Shown here one piece after another: positions 17,683-24,924 of a stretch of DNA of 33,338 nt. Under the pieces are notes generated by a model. It was not told the origin of the DNA and did not search any database. It worked only from the letters and a program-made list of their open reading frames with translations. The stretch comes from Pseudomonadota bacterium (GTDB taxonomy: Bacteria; Bdellovibrionota_F; JAHFAK01; JBDREC01): the NCBI GenBank assembly GCA_043820105.1, contig JBDREC010000090.1, positions 186,001-219,338 on the forward strand. Direction: 5' to 3'. Positions within the stretch are counted from its first letter, which is position 1, and each line of letters starts with the position of its first letter. The translations under genes and the position numbers were made by a program.

Positions 17683-18942
17683 CTATGTTTTTTGCCATTC
17701 CTTAATATAAGTTATGATACCAGCTTGTTTGACTTTTTGCTGCTCGCCATTTGTGAGATTTTTTACTGTTATTTGACTTTCAGCAAGTTCATCCTCACCA
17801 ATTACCAATACTAAATTAAATCCATTTTTATCCGCTGTTTTAAATTGAGCTTTAAGGCTTTTATCTTGAAGATTCACATAAGTGCTTAAGCCATTTGCTC
17901 TAAGAATTGATGCCAAGTCAAAAGATTTCTTTTTTGTTTCTAAATTTGTATTGCTTATAAATATCTTTTTGCCTGAGGCTGGATTAATTCCTTTTGATTT
18001 CATGATTTCAATAATTCTTTCAACACCCATTCCAAAACCAACAGCTGGCATTGGCTTTCCACCCAGGTCAGATATAAGCCTATCATATCTTCCTCCTCCT
18101 ACAAAGGCATTTTGTGAGCCAAGGGCATCACTAACAAATTCAAAAACTGTTCTAGAATAATAATCAAGGCCCCTGACAATTTTATGATTTACTTCAAAGT
18201 TAATTTTTAAGTTTTCAAGAGTTGTTTTTAAACATGTGAAATGATCATTGCAAACATTACATAAAAAATCCAAAATAGAAGGAGCATCTTTTATTAGTTT
18301 TTGACAAGTTTCATTTTTGCAATCAAAGACTCTTAAAGGATTTGTTTCAAATCTTTCTTGGCATTGCTTGCAAAGCTTATCTTTGGTTTTTGTAAGATAA
18401 GAAATTAATTCTTCTTTAAACTTTGGTCTGCACTCATCGCAACCCAAGGAATTGATAAAAAGCCTATAATCTCTTATTCCTAATTCATGACAAAGTTTAA
18501 CTATTGAATCTATAACCTCAGCATCAGAAAAGGCTGTTGCTAAACCAAATATTTCAACTCCTAGCTGATGAAACTGGCGAAGTCGGCCCTTTTGCGGCTT
18601 TTCATAACGAAACATTGGACCATAATAAAAATATTTATAAACGCCGCCAATTCTATCTTCTGAATTTTCAAGCAGTGATCTTACAACTGGAGGAGTTCCT
18701 TCAGGTCTCATGGTTACAGACCTTCCACCTTTGTCAGTAAAAGTATACATTTCCTTTTGAACAATGTCTGTAGTATCCCCAGTTCCTTTTTGGAACAGTT
18801 CAGTAAGCTCTAAAATAGGAGTTCTAATTTCGTTAAAGCAAAAACTTTCCATAACTTTTCTTGCTTTTATTTCAAACTGTCTCCAATAAAGAAGGTCTTC
18901 ATCTCTTATGTCTTTCATGCCTTTTACGATTTGGTAGGTCAT
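17683..18942 (-). CDS. hisS: Histidine--tRNA ligase
   Basis: KGMKD, KEMYTF, RPEGT, FRYEKPQKGRLRQFHQ, VRGLDYY, GGGRYD. Confidence 0.98.
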   Translation of the reverse strand: MTYQIVKGMKDIRDEDLLYWRQFEIKARKVMESFCFNEIRTPILELTELFQKGTGDTTDIVQKEMYTFTDKGGRSVTMRPEGTPPVVRSLLENSEDRIGGVYKYFYYGPMFRYEKPQKGRLRQFHQLGVEIFGLATAFSDAEVIDSIVKLCHELGIRDYRLFINSLGCDECRPKFKEELISYLTKTKDKLCKQCQERFETNPLRVFDCKNETCQKLIKDAPSILDFLCNVCNDHFTCLKTTLENLKINFEVNHKIVRGLDYYSRTVFEFVSDALGSQNAFVGGGRYDRLISDLGGKPMPAVGFGMGVERIIEIMKSKGINPASGKKIFISNTNLETKKKSFDLASILRANGLSTYVNLQDKSLKAQFKTADKNGFNLVLVIGEDELAESQITVKNLTNGEQQKVKQAGIITYIKEWQKT

Positions 18943-18960
18943 TTTATCTCCGATAAAATA

Positions 18961-18988
18961 GTATTCAGTATTTGGTATTCGGTATTCA
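18961..18988. repeat. Heptamer array upstream of hisS
   Basis: GTATTCA GTATTTG GTATTCG GTATTCA. Confidence 0.85.
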
Positions 18989-19075
18989 GTAAATTAAATA
19001 CTAAATAGAATAAATATTAACTTCTTTAATTTGTATAACTAAACAATTTTCATTTGGCAAGAAATGAAACTATGT

Positions 19076-19345
19076 CTAGCAGCAGTCACAACTGACTTCA
19101 CCACCTTTTAATTTAGCATTAATAAGCGCTGTTGCGCAGCCTACATCGGCTTTTACAGATATTGCGCCATATTCGCAGTTTAGGGCACAGGCTCCACATT
19201 CCATGCAAAGGTCTTTATCTTGGATTTTTGCTTTTTTATTTTCCATTATAAAAACAGCATGTGGACAAACTTCAATGCACATTTTGCAGCCTGTACATTT
19301 TTCTTTATCTAAATTTAATGTAACTACATCTTTTAAATATTTCAT
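19076..19345 (-). CDS. hgcB: Mercury methylation ferredoxin HgcB
   Basis: CTGCKMCIEVCPH, diagnostic CMECGAC, VGCA and C-terminal CDCC; directly downstream of hgcA. Confidence 0.96.
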   Translation of the reverse strand: MKYLKDVVTLNLDKEKCTGCKMCIEVCPHAVFIMENKKAKIQDKDLCMECGACALNCEYGAISVKADVGCATALINAKLKGGEVSCDCC

Positions 19346-19346
19346 T

Positions 19347-20444
19347 TTAACTCCAAGTATTTATTTTAAACAATATAAGCATTATCGCGCTGATAGATAG
19401 CATTCCAAGATAGACCCAAATCCCAATATCAAGTTCTTTTTTTACACCTGACATTGAAGTATAGGTTGTGCATCCTGTTAGGTTAAATGCAAGGTAAGAA
19501 GAAACTGTTGGGAAAAATAATAATGAAGAAATGATGAAGAAAATATTTAAACTAGAGCTTATTGATAAGATTATAAGAGAAATAAATGTAATTATAAATC
19601 CTAAAAAATAGCCCTTAATAATGAAAGATCTTGAAGGAAGAATGGGCAGCAAAGCACTTGTTAATAATGATCCAGAGAAAATTGAGATTAAAAGCAAAAT
19701 AATAAATGGCAAGGAATATTCTATTATACTTGAAAACATTATTCCTTTTGACTCAAGACCAAAGAAAAATAGCACAATTAAGATTATGTAGACTGATTTT
19801 TTAAGGGCAATATTGAGTTCAAGAGGAACTATTTTTAATCTTTCAGTAAAACTAAAATTAATGCGCTTCATTTCTTCAGTTTTTTTATATCCATTTTCAA
19901 TATATGCTTTTATGTCTTTTGCCAAAACAGGTCCAAATTTGACTTTAAAACCGGTTTCTTTTTTAACAAGATATGCACTAACTCCAACTGCCCCAAGCTG
20001 TGGACAAATTAGTTTTTTGTGAGAAAGAAGTTTATCCAAGTGCAGATCTTTTATTTTTGAAATAAGTTCACTTGTGCCAAAGGTGCCTTTGCCAGCAGCG
20101 CACCACACATTTATGCTTTTTGTATCAAGCACAACAATCCAGGCATTAATGCCAGCTAATTCCTTTCTAAGAATATCAAAACTGAGTTTGTAATTAGCTG
20201 AAACAAAGACATCAGAATCTTTATTTGGATTTCCAATGGCGTAAAGACCTGGATTAACCATATAGGTATTTCTAAAATTTGATAATCTTGATTTTATGTT
20301 TCCCCAAAGATCACAAAAGTTCCATGATGATTTTACTTTTAATACATCTCCAAACATTGTTTTTTGAACACCTTCAACAAAAGAGGGCATTGTTGCTTGG
20401 CTTGATAAGCACGAAGAATTATTTGAACAAGCACAATCTGACAT
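19347..20444 (-). CDS. hgcA: Mercury methylation corrinoid protein HgcA
   Basis: Cap-helix NVWCAAGKGTF, PGLY-x-IG-x-P, ANYKLSFD, PQLGA, C-terminal TM helices, N-x-TGCTTYTS-x-SGVKKE. Confidence 0.97.
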   Translation of the reverse strand: MSDCACSNNSSCLSSQATMPSFVEGVQKTMFGDVLKVKSSWNFCDLWGNIKSRLSNFRNTYMVNPGLYAIGNPNKDSDVFVSANYKLSFDILRKELAGINAWIVVLDTKSINVWCAAGKGTFGTSELISKIKDLHLDKLLSHKKLICPQLGAVGVSAYLVKKETGFKVKFGPVLAKDIKAYIENGYKKTEEMKRINFSFTERLKIVPLELNIALKKSVYIILIVLFFFGLESKGIMFSSIIEYSLPFIILLLISIFSGSLLTSALLPILPSRSFIIKGYFLGFIITFISLIILSISSSLNIFFIISSLLFFPTVSSYLAFNLTGCTTYTSMSGVKKELDIGIWVYLGMLSISAIMLILFKINTWS

Positions 20445-20446
20445 TA

Positions 20447-20776
20447 TTATTTTCCTTCCAAAATGTTTAACATTTTTTGATCATTCTTTACTTTGTCATC
20501 ATTTTCTAGATTTTTTAATATCCATGAACTAATTGTTTTTATAGAATCACAACATTCAGGACTAGAAAGACTAAAATAAACCCATTTTCCATCTTTTCTG
20601 CTTTTTACTAGTCCAGACTGTTTTAGAATTTGCATGTGTTTTGAAACTGTTGAAGCAGCAAGTTTGAAGATTTGACAAAACCTGCAAATGCAAAGTTCCC
20701 TGTTTTTTAAAAGCAAAAGCATTCTAACTCTATTTTCATCAGAAAGGGCTTTTGTGATTGAAATTAATTTATCCAC
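20447..20776 (-). CDS. arsR: ArsR/SmtB family metalloregulator (likely GTG start at 20776)
   Basis: KALSDENR-x-R, ELCICRFC, STVSKH-x3-LK-x-SGLV, GKWVYFSL; GAGG RBS before the GTG; 2-bp gap to hgcA. Confidence 0.9.
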   Translation of the reverse strand: MDKLISITKALSDENRVRMLLLLKNRELCICRFCQIFKLAASTVSKHMQILKQSGLVKSRKDGKWVYFSLSSPECCDSIKTISSWILKNLENDDKVKNDQKMLNILEGK

Positions 20777-20786
20777 AGGACCTCGA

Positions 20787-20810
20787 TTCGTTAATAAGTC
20801 AAATGACGAA
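20787..20810. promoter_or_regulatory. Imperfect palindrome, candidate ArsR operator
   Basis: TTCGTTA-N10-TGACGAA between a minus-strand TTGACA (20837-20842) and the arsR RBS. Confidence 0.45.
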
Positions 20811-20913
20811 ATATAAGTGTTTGAAACTGCGTTGTTTGTCAAGAAAGAAATTTAGAAATGAGTGATGAGGAATCTCTTATCTGTGAAGAGGAAAGCTTAT
20901 GATTTATAATAAA

Positions 20914-21255
20914 TTAGCTTGAAGCCGATCCCCCAGATGAACATAGATTAAAAAAATTAATATTTTACCCAGTATTACACCACCGTCCTGATGTATTTGC
21001 TGTAATTCCTGAACTGCAAAAAACAGTATTGCTACCTGGGTTGCATTGGGTAAGCGAAGTTGGGTAACTTCCGGCATTATAATGTCACTAGCGAAGTGTT
21101 ACAATAATGTTTTGAGATTGTTGATAAATTGGTGGATAGCAAGGCGGTCGATGAAAATTTACTTGAGGCGTACTACTGTACGTCGAAAGTTAATTTTTAG
21201 CGGCCAACGCAGCTAGCTGCCAATTTTGCAACAATCTCATTAATAGCTTTTTCAT
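20914..21255 (-). pseudogene. Decayed small exported Cys-rich peptide gene interrupted by a palindromic element
   Basis: AGGAGGAGG RBS, ATG 21255 MKKLL-[element]-NIIVTLR**HYNAGSYPTSLTQCNPGSNTVFCSSGITANTSGRWCNTG*NINFFNLCSSGGSASS*, all in one frame. Confidence 0.5.
21113..21239. mobile_element. Nested palindromic MITE/REP-like element (RPE-1-like architecture)
   Basis: Terminal inverted repeat TGAGATTGTTG/CAACAATCTCA, nested internal stems, apical GGCGTAC-tact-GTACGTC. Confidence 0.8.
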
Positions 21256-21278
21256 ATTCCTCCTCCTTGAAAAAGATA

Positions 21279-21306
21279 AAACCGGCTAGGGTTAGCTGGC
21301 TTTTTT
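21279..21306. terminator. Intrinsic terminator-like hairpin after the 379-aa gene
   Basis: AAA-CCGGCTA-gggt-TAGCTGG-cTTTTTT. Confidence 0.55.
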
Positions 21307-21309
21307 AGT

Positions 21310-22434
21310 TTATGGCAGCTTTTCAACTTCTGGAATCAAAGAAAATGCCAGCATAGCATTTTCATCAAGTTGAGCATAAGCTTTAAAATATTCATACAGA
21401 AATGGGACATGGGCTATTGTATTGATTATTCTGTCCCCTTTTAAAATCAATTCAAGAATGCTTTCAAAGAATTTGCCATTTTCATCTTCGTAAACACCTG
21501 AAATTGGTCTGCCATAGAAAGGTTTTTGATAAATGTTATCATAATAAGATAAAACAAAAATTGTACTTTCAGGATTTCCATCTCCAATAAGGTAAATATC
21601 CTTATTTCTATATCGTTCCAAATAATAAACTAATCTAAATTCCGACAAAATATGTGTTGCAGCAATTCTTTTTGCATAATAATTAGTCATGAATTCATGC
21701 TCTATTTCTTGAGAATAAATAGCCACCTGCGATTGGTCAGGGAAGTCATATCCTAACGTTTTAGCAAACATTGGATATAAAAATAATCCATTTAGCACAT
21801 GAGCAGGAATATCATCAACTTCTTTTAAGTCATTTTCTGTCCAGATTTTTACTTTATAAGCATTAGGAGTTAACCAGGAAAATTGATTCATATTATTAGG
21901 ATCACTTGTAATCCATTGAGGAAGTTGATCTATATCTGGTTCTACAGACATACAAGTAAATATTCTTGAACCAAAAATTTTAAAAAGAACATAATAATAG
22001 TTTTCATACTTTTTCACCATAAAGTCTTCATTTTCAATTAAATTATTGATATCAAATCCAAGGTATTGGTTAATTGCCAGTAGTGTATCTATACTTCCTG
22101 CTGTTAAACCCATTAGTGGTAGATAGCCTTTTTCAGATTCTTTTTCTTTATTTTCAATTGTGACAATACCTGTTTTTTTAATAACAAAGATTTCAGCTGT
22201 TTTAAAAACCTGTTGTTGATTATGGTATAACCATTCTGGTAAAATCTCAAGCTGCGCTTCAAACTTGTAAGCATAATCATTTTGGCTTACTAATTTTATA
22301 TCTAAAAGCTTTTCATTGGTTTTTAGATAAGCCATTGCCACAGTCAAGGCTTCGTCTTTATTTTGAATTACATTTGCATAAATTAGTGTGGAAAAAAATA
22401 AAATTGAAAGAATAAAGCATAATAGTTTTTTCAT
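21310..22434 (-). CDS. Hypothetical exported protein (start likely ATG 22434)
   Basis: GGAGG RBS; signal peptide MKKLLCFILSILFFSTLIYA; N terminus weakly PepSY-like (KDEALTVAMAYL). Confidence 0.75.
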   Translation of the reverse strand: MKKLLCFILSILFFSTLIYANVIQNKDEALTVAMAYLKTNEKLLDIKLVSQNDYAYKFEAQLEILPEWLYHNQQQVFKTAEIFVIKKTGIVTIENKEKESEKGYLPLMGLTAGSIDTLLAINQYLGFDINNLIENEDFMVKKYENYYYVLFKIFGSRIFTCMSVEPDIDQLPQWITSDPNNMNQFSWLTPNAYKVKIWTENDLKEVDDIPAHVLNGLFLYPMFAKTLGYDFPDQSQVAIYSQEIEHEFMTNYYAKRIAATHILSEFRLVYYLERYRNKDIYLIGDGNPESTIFVLSYYDNIYQKPFYGRPISGVYEDENGKFFESILELILKGDRIINTIAHVPFLYEYFKAYAQLDENAMLAFSLIPEVEKLP

Positions 22435-22500
22435 AGGACCTCCCGGCATATAAAAAGGTTATTAACATACCGTTTCGTCCCAGTTTAAGAATATTGATAA

Positions 22501-22516
22501 AGCAAGATTGATGCCA
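22501..22516 (-). promoter_or_regulatory. Sigma54 (-24/-12) promoter
   Basis: TGGCAT-caatc-TTGCT, about 65 bp upstream of the start codon. Confidence 0.7.
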
Positions 22517-22613
22517 AATAAATTTTTTGTCTTAATGTTTTGAATTTAAAGGTAGAATATCTCAGAGGATGAATTTGAAAATTATTGCTCAGGGTCGTTT
22601 TGCCACTATTGGC

Positions 22614-23405
22614 TTAGAAAAACAGAGCGATATTGAAACCAAGTCTAAGTTGATTATCACCACCACCTATAAATTCTTCTTGATTGAGTCCTGCTGTATT
22701 TGAAATTCCTAGTTGAAATATATGTGTGTAATGTTTCCACTGAATGGAAGCTGAATATGAAGGAATCCAGGTTTCATTTGCAGAATAATATTCATAGCTT
22801 CTATAACCCCAAATCGGATATGTAAACTCACAAACTAAAAACAGATCTTCAATTATTTTTATCTTTAAACCAGAACCAACTGCAAAAGTGTGATCATCTG
22901 TTGCTGATGAAACATTTATTAAATCATTGGAGTTAATTGTGAAGTAAAGTGGAAGCAAAAATTCAATTCTATCAAACAAATAGGCCGAATTCATTAACTG
23001 AAAATTAACCTTCACGGTTTTTGAATAGCCAGCAGAGTTTGGTAAGGAGATGCTAGTTTTAAAAGCTGAATTTATTAAATGATCTGAGCTTTTAAATAAA
23101 AGATTTAAATAGTTAAACTTAAAACCCAAATTATATATTTTTCGTGTAGAGCTTCTTGAAAAGGAAAGAGCAAAGGCATTAAGAAAATTATATTCAGCTT
23201 CTAAATGAAGATTTAAAGCACCATCAAGCCCTAAGAGATTATCTTCCCAGGCAAGAGCAATATTTGCTCTGTGACCAATTAATAAAGCTATATCCCCCTC
23301 TTCACTAATATGAGGTGCTTCCATGTTATAATATTTAGCTATGGGAATTTCAGATGCAAGGACTATATTTGCAAATAATAAAATTATTATTCCAATATAT
23401 TTCAT
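22614..23405 (-). CDS. Outer-membrane beta-barrel protein (DUF5777-like)
   Basis: Signal peptide, I-x-HR, LGLD, H-x-FQL-x2-SN and terminal LRLGFNIALFF beta-signal. Confidence 0.75.
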   Translation of the reverse strand: MKYIGIIILLFANIVLASEIPIAKYYNMEAPHISEEGDIALLIGHRANIALAWEDNLLGLDGALNLHLEAEYNFLNAFALSFSRSSTRKIYNLGFKFNYLNLLFKSSDHLINSAFKTSISLPNSAGYSKTVKVNFQLMNSAYLFDRIEFLLPLYFTINSNDLINVSSATDDHTFAVGSGLKIKIIEDLFLVCEFTYPIWGYRSYEYYSANETWIPSYSASIQWKHYTHIFQLGISNTAGLNQEEFIGGGDNQLRLGFNIALFF

Positions 23406-23433
23406 TTCTATTTATCTCCTTTATTTATCTGCT

Positions 23434-23495
23434 TCTTAACTCTTAATTCTTAACTCTTAATCTTAATTTTGAATTTTGAATTTTGAATTTTGAAT
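23434..23495. repeat. Composite heptamer array between the cytochrome and barrel genes
   Basis: (TCTTAAY)x5, one unit only 6 bp, followed by (TTTGAAT)x4. Confidence 0.9.
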
Positions 23496-23497
23496 TA

Positions 23498-24100
23498 TTA
23501 ATCATCATCATCTCCTTCATTCCACTCATTGCCATGGCATTTATAACAACTTGGTTCACCATCATCACCACCTCTCAAATCAGAGCCGTGACAAATTATG
23601 CAGTTCTCTGTTGGCGAAGAATAATTAGCTGCATGCAAATATCCACCTAAGCTTGTGCTATGGCTAACACTTGACCATTCATTGAAATGGCACAAATAGC
23701 ATGAAGGCTGATTGTTGTCTCCACCTGACAAATCAGATCCATGGCAAGATGTGCAATTTGATGTTGGTAGCAAGTAACCTGTGTTATGATTTATTCCGCC
23801 AAGGGAGTTTGTATGAGTACTTGGTGCGTGGCTTGATGCATCTTCTGTTTTAACCATTGTCCATAAGTTACTGTGACATTTATAACAAGACGAATAGCTT
23901 GAGCTTCCCTGTAAACTTGATCCATGGCAAACAGTACAATATTTTAAAGGATTAGTAATATCATTTTTATGATAAATTCCTTGCAGCTTTCTATTATGAT
24001 TTTCTGGCGCATTACTTGTACATCCAAGAAATAAAATGAGAAAGAATGTTAATGTTAAGATAGGGACTTTATAAATTTTATAAAAATGAATTGTCAGCAT
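23498..24100 (-). CDS. Hexaheme c-type cytochrome lipoprotein
   Basis: Lipobox FLGC; six CxxCH motifs (CTVCH, CYKCH, CTSCH, CYLCH, CIICH, CYKCH) in three tandem diheme repeats. Confidence 0.9.
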   Translation of the reverse strand: MLTIHFYKIYKVPILTLTFFLILFLGCTSNAPENHNRKLQGIYHKNDITNPLKYCTVCHGSSLQGSSSYSSCYKCHSNLWTMVKTEDASSHAPSTHTNSLGGINHNTGYLLPTSNCTSCHGSDLSGGDNNQPSCYLCHFNEWSSVSHSTSLGGYLHAANYSSPTENCIICHGSDLRGGDDGEPSCYKCHGNEWNEGDDDD

Positions 24101-24222
24101 TTGGCTTTCTTTAATTATTAAATGATATTTATTATAAATACCTCACATTAAAAGTAAAGGCCATTAACTTATTGACACAAATCCATTTTAAAAATAATAA
24201 TTTGCCAGTTTTCCATTATTAA

Positions 24223-24246
24223 CTTACAGCTTACTGCTTACCACTT
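24223..24246. repeat. Heptamer array before an RBS
   Basis: CTTACAG CTTACTG CTTACCA CTT. Confidence 0.7.
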
Positions 24247-24261
24247 TATAAGGGGTGCACT

Positions 24262-24822
24262 ATGAATAATAAAATCTTAATCTTAATCTTAATCTTAATC
24301 TTAATCCTAATCCTAACTCTTATATCCTGCGGAGCAGATCAAAACAATCAGAATAACAATAACAATGCCAATAACGCTGCAACAAGCGATATGTCAACTT
24401 ATACAAATGAAACCTATTCATACCAAATCGATTATCCAGGCTCCTGGATTGTCGCTGAAGCAAACGCTCAAGCTGCTGTGACAATTTTATCAGATGATAT
24501 AGATTCTGCTATGTATGTCATGAGTGTTGACGCTACAACTGACACTCTTACAGAAGTTTTTAATGAAGGCAAAGAAGACATGGAAAGTGGCTCAGTCTTA
24601 AATGCATATTCTTTTGTTTCGAGCTCTTCAACAACTTTAAACACTGAAACTGCGATCCAGTGGATTTATAATTATTATATTGGGCAGGAATGGAAAGCTC
24701 AGGCTATTTTAGTTGTTAAAAATGGCTATGCTTATAATATAACTTATCAAGCTTATACTGAAAATTATGATGAAGGCTTGCCTTATTTTGAAGCTAGTCT
24801 TTTGACTTTTATTTTTGATTAG
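24262..24822 (+). CDS. PsbP/DcrB-like lipoprotein
   Basis: Lipobox LISC; YTN-x-x-Y-x-Y-x-I-x-YP-x-x-W and KNG-x-AY-x-ITY...FE-x4-TF pattern. Confidence 0.72.
   Translation: MNNKILILILILILILILTLISCGADQNNQNNNNNANNAATSDMSTYTNETYSYQIDYPGSWIVAEANAQAAVTILSDDIDSAMYVMSVDATTDTLTEVFNEGKEDMESGSVLNAYSFVSSSSTTLNTETAIQWIYNYYIGQEWKAQAILVVKNGYAYNITYQAYTENYDEGLPYFEASLLTFIFD
24274..24315 (+). repeat. In-frame hexamer repeat encoding (Ile-Leu)7 of the signal peptide
   Basis: (ATCTTA)x5 (ATCCTA)x2. Confidence 0.9.
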
Positions 24823-24890
24823 GTTTTTTCCAGTAGGCTCATGTGCCTTTTTGAACGGAAGACGGCTAGCGACTGAATTAAATTCTAAAA

Positions 24891-24918
24891 TAATTAATAA
24901 TCAACAATTAATAATTAA
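24891..24918. repeat. AT-rich heptamer array upstream of ATG 24925
   Basis: TAATTAA TAATCAA CAATTAA TAATTAA. Confidence 0.55.
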
Positions 24919-24924
24919 TTTTTA

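Noticed and set aside
19347-20444. CdhD/AcsC corrinoid Fe-S protein or fused HgcAB instead of HgcA
   Set aside because: The cap-helix Cys motif, TM domain and separate downstream hgcB identify a canonical HgcA. No in-frame TGA suggesting selenocysteine was seen.
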